DNA of 64,000 bases from contig JBNKCO010000010.1 in the NCBI GenBank assembly GCA_050287785.1, forward strand, positions 39,340-103,339, given 5' to 3'. A program made the position numbers and the translations under genes. The first letter of the stretch is position 1. The number at the start of each line of letters is the position of its first letter. This document shows positions 39,508-49,726 of this stretch, piece after piece. This DNA is from Bacteroidales bacterium. GTDB lineage: Bacteria > Bacteroidota > Bacteroidia > Bacteroidales > UBA10428. The notes below the pieces were generated by a model. That model was not told where the DNA came from, ran no database searches, and saw nothing but the letters and a program-made list of their open reading frames with translations.

Positions 39508-40257
39508 TTAATCTGCAAGAATTAGATCCCGAAAATTCTTATCGGATAAAAGCTTTCCTTGCGATTCATCAATTGCACCTTCCATAACTCTTTCCATTAT
39601 TTCAGATACAACAAATCCTTTTGGCTTTTGTATTTTAATAAAATAAGAACCTTCTGTTGTATTAAAGTAAACTACTTTATTTTGATCTATATCATATAAG
39701 TACCATCTTATTATAATTTGCGCCATCATAAATCGAGGTGCTTTATAGACCGACCTATATTGCTCCGAGTCAACAATTTCTATGCCAATCTTATACTTGG
39801 TATCATGTATATCATTTTCGGCACCAGTAAATAATTTAATGTCTGATCCGATTAGAAAATTATTTTCAACAAAATTTCTTTCAATAATCTCTTTTAAATC
39901 ATTTTTAGTGAAGTTGGTAACAATTTTGGAGACCAATAAAGTATCTGGTTTTAAAAGTTTTTTATTAGGTAGCATAGTTGACTTGTCTTTTTTTATCAAA
40001 TCAACAGTTAGCTTTGCAAAAGGCACATCTGGATCAATTTCTACTCTCTGACTATAATACCCCTTCTTGTAAAAATAAATATTTTTATTGAGGTCAAAAT
40101 TTATCTTTAAAATCTCTAAGTTTTCCCCTACTAGCTTATCATCTAGAACTACAAATACCTCTTCTTGCTTAAACTCTATTTGCACTTTTTTTATTTGCCC
40201 ATAACCAAATACCTGAATGAGAAAAAGCAATAAAAAAGCTCCTAAAATTCTTTTCAT
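39508..40257 (-). CDS. Hypothetical secreted protein
   Basis: Signal peptide (MKRILGAFLLLFLIQVFGYGQ). The N-terminal roughly 70 aa has a PEGA-like appearance (VVLDDKLVG...YFYKKGYYSQRVEI). The ORF-track GTG at 40263 is trimmed to the ATG at 40257. Confidence 0.5.
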   Translation of the reverse strand: MKRILGAFLLLFLIQVFGYGQIKKVQIEFKQEEVFVVLDDKLVGENLEILKINFDLNKNIYFYKKGYYSQRVEIDPDVPFAKLTVDLIKKDKSTMLPNKKLLKPDTLLVSKIVTNFTKNDLKEIIERNFVENNFLIGSDIKLFTGAENDIHDTKYKIGIEIVDSEQYRSVYKAPRFMMAQIIIRWYLYDIDQNKVVYFNTTEGSYFIKIQKPKGFVVSEIMERVMEGAIDESQGKLLSDKNFRDLILAD

Positions 40258-40356
40258 AAACACCTTGTTAAATTAATATCCTTTACTAAATTATGTAATG
40301 CCGGTTAATTTATATTACCAATAAACTAACCGACATTTATTTTATACAATTCTCAA

Positions 40357-41952
40357 TTAATTAGTTGCTTCTAAAGCTATAGAAATTTTCTGAAGCTTTC
40401 TTTGATAATATACTACGGCAATTTTACCTGCAGAGTTTCGTAGTGCATTAAAATAACCTACTTTCCCTTTTTCAAGATCTACTTTTGACTGCTGTTTAAG
40501 ATTAATGGTTTTTTGTGCGTAATTACCATCTAATGTATACGTAAAAACGCTAGGCCCTTTATCAATAAGGGAAGCTTCAAGAGTTTTTCCAGATTTCTCT
40601 GCTTCTGCATTATCCTTACAAACCATAACTATCTGCCCATTTTCATCCTTCTCAACAAAAGCATAATCGAACCAGCCTTGACTACGAATTTCTCTTGCAA
40701 GAGGTAAGCCAGCATAACCTAAGTAAGGATCCCAAACGGTAATCTTCATTTTCTTTTCCTTTGGAATTGGCTTAATTTCAACTAATTCTCCTTCAGGATT
40801 AAATTTAAACAGAATAAAATCCTGTATTTGAAAAACAACTTTACTTGTTTTCTTGTCATCAGGTTTAGGAGATCCTATATACTTACCAGTAATAAGGTCA
40901 CGAGTCCATTGAATTCTCCAGGGAGTAGCATTAAGATTCTTACTAAACATTTCAGAAATTACATAAATCGCATCATTATCAATTATCAAATCTTCAATGA
41001 AAACCTTATCCTTACTGCCTACCGAAAATCCCGTACTTATTGCTTTTAATGCTTCTTGTATCTTTTCTTCGTTGCTTACTTTATTATAAAGCACTTCTTT
41101 ACCATCAACATTTAGCTTTAATAAATAAATACCTGCATTGTTTACATCTTTAATTTTTTCGCCATCAACATATGCTCCCCCTGCAAATACACTTCCATCA
41201 TCGCTAATTCTAAGTTGATTATAAAGGATAGTACTACTACCATCATATGCTTCTCGTGAAAATATTTTTTGTCCAGTTTTAGCATCAAATGCAACAATTG
41301 CAGGTTTAACAAAATCACCTGATAGTTTAGGATTATTTTCTTCCCAAATTACAAATCTGTCTTTGTTGTTCACAAGATCAGCAATTGATTTTTGACCTTT
41401 AACTGGTACTTGCTCAATTTTCCATACTTGGTCTAATTTATTATTTACTTTTTCAATTGAATACCCCTTCACTTTTTTGCCCAGAACAGGAGCAACAATG
41501 TAAAAACCATCACCAGTAGCGTCGGCATAGATGTCTGCATCTGTTAACCATCTTTTTTCAGTCGGAATACCTTTATCAACAACAATTTTACCTTCGGTAT
41601 CAATTATATTCAATTTTATTTGCTTATTCTTAATATCATCATAATGAATTAGCATAAAACTACCGTTGAAAACTGTATTTTTAATAACAGCTCTTTTATT
41701 CATGGTAATTTGAGTTTTCTTTACTCCTGATAATTCTTTGTCAATTAATGCAAATTCGAATGTTCTTTCCCCTTTTTCACCCTTTTCTACCATATAATAG
41801 GTATAGTACCCACTTACGGTTTGATCTTCCCCAGTCAATATAGGGTTTACACCTCGAAAACGAGACCCCTTTACACCTTCGATTTCGACAAATTGAGCAT
41901 TAATACTTAGCGCTAAAGCTAGCATTAGCAGTATACTTCCAATAGTTTTCAT
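40357..41952 (-). CDS. Hypothetical secreted protein (531 aa, beta-rich)
   Basis: Signal peptide (MKTIGSILLMLALALSINAQ). It has long beta-strand-like periodicity and repeated D-G/K-G turns. No family recognised by eye. Confidence 0.55.
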   Translation of the reverse strand: MKTIGSILLMLALALSINAQFVEIEGVKGSRFRGVNPILTGEDQTVSGYYTYYMVEKGEKGERTFEFALIDKELSGVKKTQITMNKRAVIKNTVFNGSFMLIHYDDIKNKQIKLNIIDTEGKIVVDKGIPTEKRWLTDADIYADATGDGFYIVAPVLGKKVKGYSIEKVNNKLDQVWKIEQVPVKGQKSIADLVNNKDRFVIWEENNPKLSGDFVKPAIVAFDAKTGQKIFSREAYDGSSTILYNQLRISDDGSVFAGGAYVDGEKIKDVNNAGIYLLKLNVDGKEVLYNKVSNEEKIQEALKAISTGFSVGSKDKVFIEDLIIDNDAIYVISEMFSKNLNATPWRIQWTRDLITGKYIGSPKPDDKKTSKVVFQIQDFILFKFNPEGELVEIKPIPKEKKMKITVWDPYLGYAGLPLAREIRSQGWFDYAFVEKDENGQIVMVCKDNAEAEKSGKTLEASLIDKGPSVFTYTLDGNYAQKTINLKQQSKVDLEKGKVGYFNALRNSAGKIAVVYYQRKLQKISIALEATN

Positions 41953-42091
41953 AAGTTAATCGTTAAGTTAATTATAGCATGTTTCCTATATAAATATCCT
42001 AAATTATACTCAATCTGAGCCAAATTGTTACAAACAAGAAAAAAACTTAACTCCTACTATATAAACTTTTTATTTCAATTTGTTCTTTTAA

Positions 42092-42844
42092 CTACAATAA
42101 ATCCAATTTCAAAGCTCTCTCTAAATCTTCAGGTGTATCAATACCATATGATTCGAACTTTGTAACTGCTGTTTGAATTTTATATCCATTCTCAAGCCAT
42201 CTTAATTGCTCAAGCGATTCCGCTAGTTCAAGTCCTCCTTGATCTAGTTTAGTAATTTCTGCAAGTACCTTTGAGCGGTAAGCATACATCCCAATATGTT
42301 GAAAATACTTATGCGCTTTTAACCATTGTTCTTTCGGCTGACCTCTGAAATACGGTATTGGCGACCGACTAAATAAAAGGGCCTCCTTAAACTTATTTAC
42401 CACAACTTTTGGCCGATTTGGATCGAATATTATAGTATGATCTTCTACTTCTTTAATTAATGTGGCTATTTCAACCGTAGGCTTAATAAAGCAATCTTTC
42501 AATAAACTTATCTGATCTGGCCGAATAAATGGTTCGTCTCCTTGCACATTAATTACTACATCAAATAATTCCCCCGACTGCTTTTCGAATGTCTTTAGTG
42601 CTTCAAAACATCTATCGGTTCCGCTTTGATGACTTTCAGAAGTCATTACCGCATTACCACCACTTTCATGAATAAGATCTAGAATTCTCTTATCATCGGT
42701 CGCAACAACAACATCGTCTAGAACTTCTGAGACTCGTTCATATACCCTAAGAATCATTGCCTTGCCCTTAATATCTGCAAGAGGCTTTCCAGGAAAGCGA
42801 GTTGATTTAAATCGTGCCGGAATAATACCAATAAATCGATCCAT
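42092..42844 (-). CDS. kdsB: 3-deoxy-manno-octulosonate cytidylyltransferase (CMP-KDO synthetase)
   Basis: IIPARF.STRFPGKPL, VINVQGDEPF, and LEQLR.LENG motifs. The ORF-track TTG at 42856 is trimmed to the ATG at 42844. Confidence 0.92.
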   Translation of the reverse strand: MDRFIGIIPARFKSTRFPGKPLADIKGKAMILRVYERVSEVLDDVVVATDDKRILDLIHESGGNAVMTSESHQSGTDRCFEALKTFEKQSGELFDVVINVQGDEPFIRPDQISLLKDCFIKPTVEIATLIKEVEDHTIIFDPNRPKVVVNKFKEALLFSRSPIPYFRGQPKEQWLKAHKYFQHIGMYAYRSKVLAEITKLDQGGLELAESLEQLRWLENGYKIQTAVTKFESYGIDTPEDLERALKLDLL

Positions 42845-42918
42845 AATATTTAGCAATTTTTAAGACCTTTAGTTCGTATCTAACAACAAAGTTGTTATGT
42901 CATTTATTTAAATAGTTG

Positions 42919-42926
42919 TAATTTTG
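42919..42926 (+). promoter_or_regulatory. Candidate Bacteroidota -7 promoter box (TAatTTTG)
   Basis: Exact TAnnTTTG match 89 nt upstream of the ATG at 43015. Confidence 0.25.
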
Positions 42927-43014
42927 TCATGCGGTGTAAATTTAGGAAATTTAGTGCATTCATAACTTTTCTTTGAATAAACCGCACTAGTAAACTGACA
43001 AATTTTCGCTTATC

Positions 43015-44247
43015 ATGAATACACAAAGTATTAAACAACGATTCGGAATTATTGGAAATTCAACCGGATTAAATCGGGCCATTGAGGTTGCTGTGCAAGT
43101 AGCCCCAACCGATCTTTCTGTTCTAATATCTGGCGAAAGTGGTGTTGGTAAAGAAGTGTTTCCTCAAATTATTCATAGTTACAGCTCACGTAAACATGGC
43201 TCATACATTGCTGTAAACTGCGGGGCAATTCCAGAGGGCACTATTGATTCAGAATTATTTGGACACGAGAAAGGCTCTTTTACAGGAGCATACGATAGCA
43301 GGAAAGGTTACTTTGAAGTTGCAAATGGAGGCACGATCTTCCTCGATGAAGTTGCTGAATTACCATTATCTACACAAGTAAGACTACTAAGAGTTCTTGA
43401 AACCGGAGAATTTCTACGCGTTGGTTCATCTAAAACTATAAAAACTGATGTTAGGGTGATAGCTGCAACCAATATTGATATACCAAAAGCTATTAAAGAG
43501 GTCAAATTCAGAGAAGACCTATTTTACCGACTTAATACAGTACCAATTGATATCCCTCCTTTGCGAGAGCGAAAAGAAGACATTCATCTCATTTTCAGAA
43601 AATTTGCTCTGGATTTTGCAGAAAGAAATCGAATGCCTTCAATATCAATATCCGACGATGCAAAAACAATTCTTGAAAACTATCGCTGGCCAGGAAATAT
43701 ACGACAACTGAAAAATATTACTGAGCAGATCTCAGTTATTGAGACAAACCGTACAATTGACGCAAACTCTTTAAGAACATATCTTCCTGATTTTTACGAA
43801 GATAAACTACCAGCCCTTTATAAAAACGCAATTGATCAGGAGACATTTAATTCTGAGCGTGAATTACTATATAAGATTCTGTTTGATATGAAAAATGATA
43901 TGACTGACCTGAAAAAGCTGGTTTTGGATATCATACAGCAAGGTGGCACAGATGGCGATCTACATTCAAATAACGCCAACATTATTAAGAAACTTTACAA
44001 GAACGATTCAACAATAGTACAGGAAGAAATTCAAAAATCACATGTAAATATTATAAGACGCGAAGAAGAAAACATTCTGGATACTGAAGAAATTATAGAA
44101 GAATCTTTATCGCTTGAAGAAAAAGAAAAAGAGCTTATCTTAAAAGCCCTAACAAGACATAACGGCAAAAGAAAATACGCAGCTGAAGAATTAGGGATTT
44201 CGGAACGAACTTTGTACAGAAAAATTAAAGAATACAACATTAATTGA
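43015..44247 (+). CDS. Sigma-54-dependent transcriptional activator (AAA+ core + Fis-type HTH, no N-terminal sensory domain)
   Basis: The AAA+ domain starts at about residue 10. Walker A GESGVGKE, the GSFTGA (GAFTGA-type) sigma-54 contact loop, Walker B IFLDEV and R-finger RVIAATN. C-terminal HTH (AAEELGISERTLYRKIKEY) follows an acidic linker of about 110 aa. Confidence 0.9.
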   Translation: MNTQSIKQRFGIIGNSTGLNRAIEVAVQVAPTDLSVLISGESGVGKEVFPQIIHSYSSRKHGSYIAVNCGAIPEGTIDSELFGHEKGSFTGAYDSRKGYFEVANGGTIFLDEVAELPLSTQVRLLRVLETGEFLRVGSSKTIKTDVRVIAATNIDIPKAIKEVKFREDLFYRLNTVPIDIPPLRERKEDIHLIFRKFALDFAERNRMPSISISDDAKTILENYRWPGNIRQLKNITEQISVIETNRTIDANSLRTYLPDFYEDKLPALYKNAIDQETFNSERELLYKILFDMKNDMTDLKKLVLDIIQQGGTDGDLHSNNANIIKKLYKNDSTIVQEEIQKSHVNIIRREEENILDTEEIIEESLSLEEKEKELILKALTRHNGKRKYAAEELGISERTLYRKIKEYNIN

Positions 44248-44248
44248 A

Positions 44249-44764
44249 ATGAAGAAATTTTCATCCATTATACTTTTCGTATATCTGGTTATCACCGTGA
44301 GTAGCTGCTTTTCTTTAAATTACGATTTCAAAGGAGGAGTAAGTATACCTGCACATATTCAAAGCTATTCTGTTCAGTATTTTGATAACCGTTCTGACCT
44401 AATAGAACCTACATTTAGCCAGCGATTTACCGATGCACTTAAAGCAAATTTAGAAAGCAATACCAACTTACGATTAGTTAACGGAGTTGGTGATGTAGAT
44501 TTTTCAGGTACTATTTCAAAATACGATATTACACCACAATCTATTGCTGCAGGAGATCAAGCCTCCATGACTCGATTCACAATTGCAGTAAAACTTGAAT
44601 ACAGAGACCAAAAAATTCCAGAAAACGAATTTGATAAAACAATTTCGGCATACCGAGATTTCCCAACTTCCGACTCTTTTTCTTCACGAGAAGAAGAATT
44701 ATCACAAGAGATATTAGAAGAAATAATTGAACAAATATTTAATGCCGCATTTGTAAACTGGTAA
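44249..44764 (+). CDS. LptE-like lipoprotein (LPS assembly)
   Basis: Lipoprotein signal (VITVSSC). 171 aa. Its position between the sigma-54 activator and secG matches the Bacteroidota synteny I recall. It starts 2 nt after the upstream stop. Confidence 0.55.
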   Translation: MKKFSSIILFVYLVITVSSCFSLNYDFKGGVSIPAHIQSYSVQYFDNRSDLIEPTFSQRFTDALKANLESNTNLRLVNGVGDVDFSGTISKYDITPQSIAAGDQASMTRFTIAVKLEYRDQKIPENEFDKTISAYRDFPTSDSFSSREEELSQEILEEIIEQIFNAAFVNW

Positions 44765-44780
44765 ACTTCCCATAATTGAT

Positions 44781-45701
44781 ATGTTATCAAAAGAATTAAT
44801 ATCATACATAAATTATCCTTCACAACTCAATGAAGAAACCATCATTGAGCTTACTCTTATATCTGAACGGTATCCGTTTTTTCAAACTGCTCAGCTTTTA
44901 AGGATTAAAAACCTTTTTAATATCTCACCAGAATCAATAAAGCCAGCATTAAATTACACTGCAGCATATGTTACCGACAGGAAAGTACTTTATTATTTAC
45001 TTCACCCTATAAGTGCTGAGCCAGAAAAGGAAGTCCAAAAATCAATAGAAAAGGAAGTTAAAGATACCATTGGAGAAAACATTTCTGATACGTTAAAAAA
45101 TCAAAAAGACTACCTGGAAAATAGTATTGATGAAGAAATTGAGTTTACTACCGGAATTGATATAAAAAAAGAATATGGCGAAGGAGTTAAACTGGATGAA
45201 TATGTTGTTCGAATTACGGAAAATGGTCCGGAACTATTTGAATTAATAGAAAAACAGGACTCAGAAGAAAAGCAAACAGATTTCAATTCTGATAAACCAA
45301 TAAAAGAAGAACCCCAAAAAGAAACGATACATACAACCGATGATATATTAACTATAATAAACAAAGGGATTCCATCGGAAAAAATTATTGATGAACAACC
45401 AATCAATCTTTCCAGTAGCCAACAACGAAATAATTCAATTATTGATAATTTTATTAAAGCAAATCCTAAAATAAAACCTGCTGACCAGATAAGTAAGCAA
45501 GCAACTGACTTTTCAGAAGATTCGGTAAAAGAAAATGACCATCTAATAACTGACACTTTAGCAAATATTTATGTAAAACAAGGCAATTATGCTAAAGCTA
45601 TATTTGCTTACGAAAAATTAAGTTTGAAATATCCGGAAAAAAGTGCTTATTTTGCCGAGCAAATTGAAGAGATTAAAAAATTAATTGAAAAATCTAAATA
45701 G
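44781..45701 (+). CDS. Hypothetical protein with a C-terminal TPR-like motif
   Basis: The middle is acidic, low-complexity and E/K-rich. The C-terminal LANIYVKQGNYAKAIFAYEKLSLKYPEKSAYF is a TPR-type repeat. Confidence 0.5.
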   Translation: MLSKELISYINYPSQLNEETIIELTLISERYPFFQTAQLLRIKNLFNISPESIKPALNYTAAYVTDRKVLYYLLHPISAEPEKEVQKSIEKEVKDTIGENISDTLKNQKDYLENSIDEEIEFTTGIDIKKEYGEGVKLDEYVVRITENGPELFELIEKQDSEEKQTDFNSDKPIKEEPQKETIHTTDDILTIINKGIPSEKIIDEQPINLSSSQQRNNSIIDNFIKANPKIKPADQISKQATDFSEDSVKENDHLITDTLANIYVKQGNYAKAIFAYEKLSLKYPEKSAYFAEQIEEIKKLIEKSK

Positions 45702-45710
45702 GTTAAAGCC

Positions 45711-46082
45711 ATGTATACATTTATTTCTGTTATAATTCTGTTAGCTTGTGTACTACTTGTTTTAGTAGTTTTAGTGCAGAATTCGAAGGGTGGAGGATTA
45801 GCAGCAAACTTTTCTGGCACAGGTCAGGTTGGAGGAGTAAGAAAAACTGCTGATTTCCTTGAAAAAGCAACCTGGACACTTGCTTCTGTTTTAATTGGAC
45901 TAAGTATTCTAGCAAGTGGAGTAATTCCAAAGCAAAAAGAAAGAGCTCAATCTCAGATTAAAGAACAAGTTACAAATACAGCAAATCCGATTAATAACAA
46001 TATGGCTCCTGCCTTACCAGCAGATATACAACAACCTACTCAATTACCAGAACCAGCATCGGATGATGATGATGATAAATAA
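45711..46082 (+). CDS. secG: Preprotein translocase subunit SecG
   Basis: N-terminal TM segment followed by LVQNSKGGGLAANFSG (SecG signature), a second TM segment and a C-terminal acidic tail (DDDDDK). Confidence 0.85.
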   Translation: MYTFISVIILLACVLLVLVVLVQNSKGGGLAANFSGTGQVGGVRKTADFLEKATWTLASVLIGLSILASGVIPKQKERAQSQIKEQVTNTANPINNNMAPALPADIQQPTQLPEPASDDDDDK

Positions 46083-46107
46083 AAGTTTTCTTTAAAGAAA
46101 GAAAAAA

Positions 46108-46143
46108 AGTGTCAGTATGTCAGAAATACTGACACTTTTTTTT
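46108..46143 (+). terminator. Intrinsic terminator downstream of secG
   Basis: 11-bp perfect stem agtgtcagtat / atactgacact with a 7-nt loop, followed by T7. Confidence 0.78.
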
Positions 46144-46356
46144 ATCCTAAAAGTTGCCAGTAAAAGCAAGCCTAAATGCAGTATTAATGTGGATTATGGC
46201 AATAAAAAAGCTCCATCTGAATAATTTATCTCATTAATTGTCCTGCAAATATGTCAAAGGATTTACGCCAAATACCGGAAATCCTGAAATGGCACGGATT
46301 GTGATAAAAACCAAGCAATAAATATAAAAATATTTTAACTAAATAAATTCATAAAA

Positions 46357-46635
46357 ATGTCTGACGTAAAAATCAAACTTTTAGACGACCGTGTTCTTAT
46401 AGAACCTCAAAAAGCAGAAGAAAAAACTGCAAGTGGAATTATTATTCCTGATTCAGCTAAAGAAAAACCTCAACAAGGTTTAATTGTTGCTGCCGGACCT
46501 GGTAAAAAAGATGTAGAAATGCAAGTATCTGTAGGCGACACAGTTCTTTATGGAAAATATGCAGGTACTGAACTTTCTGTTGATGGAAAGGACTACCTAA
46601 TTATGAGACAAGACGATATTCTTGCAGTTGTTTAA
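46357..46635 (+). CDS. groES: Co-chaperonin GroES
   Basis: 92 aa. [12 protein letters not shown]...[15 protein letters not shown] (mobile loop)...[12 protein letters not shown]. Confidence 0.97.
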   Translation: MSDVKIKLLDDRVLIEPQKAEEKTASGIIIPDSAKEKPQQGLIVAAGPGKKDVEMQVSVGDTVLYGKYAGTELSVDGKDYLIMRQDDILAVV

Positions 46636-46651
46636 TAAAACATAGTTTTAA

Positions 46652-48301
<1,650 letters not shown>

Positions 48302-48320
48302 ATATTATCCCAATATATAT

Positions 48321-48353
48321 AAAACCCTCTCTTGTAAAGGAGAGGGTTTTTTT
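48321..48353 (+). terminator. Intrinsic terminator downstream of groEL
   Basis: Stem ccctctc / gagaggg with an 8-nt loop, followed by T7. Confidence 0.72.
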
Positions 48354-48376
48354 ATACATTTTATGGAAACTTTAAA

Positions 48377-49597
48377 TTATCCTATTTCCCGATCTCGAAA
48401 TCCCATAAGGTAAAGAACTGCATCAAGTCCAATAGTAGATATAGTTTGCTTGGCATTTTCCTTAACCTTCGGCTTAGCATGAAAAGCTATTCCTAATCCT
48501 GCAACATTTATCATGGGTAAATCATTTGCCCCATCTCCTATGGCAATAACCTGTTCCAACTTAATATCTTCTTTAAAAGCAAGTTTCTTTAGCCACTCTG
48601 CTTTCATTTCTCCATTCACAATATCTCCCAAATGGTTTCCGGTAAGTTTACCATTCTCAATTTCTAAATCGTTTGCGAATACATAATCAATATCAAATTT
48701 ATGTTGAAGATATTTCCCGAAGTAGGTAAATCCTCCTGAGAGAATCGCTGTTCTATAACCATATTTTTTAAGGGTTTTAAATAAGCGTTCAGCACCTTCG
48801 GTTATTGGTAGGTTTTCGGCAATATCCTGCATAACTGATTCATCTAATCCCTTTAAAAGAGAAACTCTTTGCTTAAAGCTTTCGTCAAAATCAATTTCGC
48901 CTCGCATAGCTGCCTCGGTAATTTCATCTACTTTCTTTCCAACACCTGCTTTCTTTGCCAATTCAACAATAACTTCTGTTTGTATTAGAGTGCTATCCAT
49001 ATCAAAACACACCAACCTCCTGTTTCTACGGAAAATATTATCAACCTGAAAAGCAATATCTGCTCCAATTTCTTTTGAAACTTTCATAAAACTGCTTCTC
49101 ATCTCTGCTTCATTTTTCGGATTTCCACGGACAGAAAACTGAATGCAGGCCTTAGGCTTGTTGCTGTCTTCATCTTCAAGAGAAACCCTGCCTGTTAACC
49201 TTGTAATTGTATCAATATTTAAACCTTGATTATAAATAATATCCGAAACTTTTGCCAATTGAAGCGCTGTAGCTTTTCTCGAAATCAGTGTAACAATATA
49301 CCTGTCCTTCCCTTGCATACCAACCCATTGATGGTAATTCTTTTCAGTAATTGGAGTAAACTTAACGTTTATTCCTGCTTCATACGATTTAAAAAGCAAG
49401 TCTTTTAAAACCGGTGCCGATTCAGATTCGTGCGGAAGTTCAAATAATATTCCCAGAGATAATTGATCGTGTATTACTGACTGACCAATATCCAAAATGT
49501 TAACATTATAATTAGATAGAATTGTAGTTAGAGTTGTAGTAACACCAGGTTTGTCTTCTCCTGTAATATTGAGAAGAATAATTTCTCGTTTAGCCAT
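48377..49597 (-). CDS. serB: Phosphoserine phosphatase SerB with N-terminal ACT-like domains
   Basis: HAD motifs CFDMDSTLIQ (DxDxT), SGGF and GDGANDL. The N-terminal roughly 180 aa is ACT-like (ITGEDKPGVT). 406 aa. Confidence 0.87.
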   Translation of the reverse strand: MAKREIILLNITGEDKPGVTTTLTTILSNYNVNILDIGQSVIHDQLSLGILFELPHESESAPVLKDLLFKSYEAGINVKFTPITEKNYHQWVGMQGKDRYIVTLISRKATALQLAKVSDIIYNQGLNIDTITRLTGRVSLEDEDSNKPKACIQFSVRGNPKNEAEMRSSFMKVSKEIGADIAFQVDNIFRRNRRLVCFDMDSTLIQTEVIVELAKKAGVGKKVDEITEAAMRGEIDFDESFKQRVSLLKGLDESVMQDIAENLPITEGAERLFKTLKKYGYRTAILSGGFTYFGKYLQHKFDIDYVFANDLEIENGKLTGNHLGDIVNGEMKAEWLKKLAFKEDIKLEQVIAIGDGANDLPMINVAGLGIAFHAKPKVKENAKQTISTIGLDAVLYLMGFRDREIG

Positions 49598-49618
49598 TTA
49601 ATTAACATTTGAAAGGAC

Positions 49619-49626
49619 CAAAGATA
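49619..49626 (-). promoter_or_regulatory. Candidate Bacteroidota -7 promoter box (TAtcTTTG on the minus strand) for serB
   Basis: The plus strand reads caaagata, 22 nt upstream of the serB ATG at 49597. Confidence 0.3.
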
Positions 49627-49726
49627 GGCCAAAAGGTTTGAAGATGGAAGTTAGAACCAAGAAGTCTGATACTAAAAAATAAACATGTAGCATAAATTAC
49701 TTCCGGCTTCCATCTATTCAGATTTT

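Noticed and set aside
45110-45556. 148-aa minus-strand ORF inside the 44781-45701 gene. The same applies to similar antisense ORFs at 388-615, 917-1159, 7116-7367, 25258-25680, 30957-31271, 57312-57629, 59124-59378 and 62847-63068.
   Set aside because: These are shadow ORFs opposite genes whose own strand carries clear family motifs (patatin GxSxG, ABC Walker motifs, glmS SIS domains and so on) or low-complexity E/K-rich coding. Their translations are Ser/Ile/Phe-rich low-complexity sequence with no motifs.
46083-46356. Searched for a CIRCE/HrcA operator upstream of groES.
   Set aside because: No TTAGCACTC or GAGTGCTAA half-site is present on either strand.
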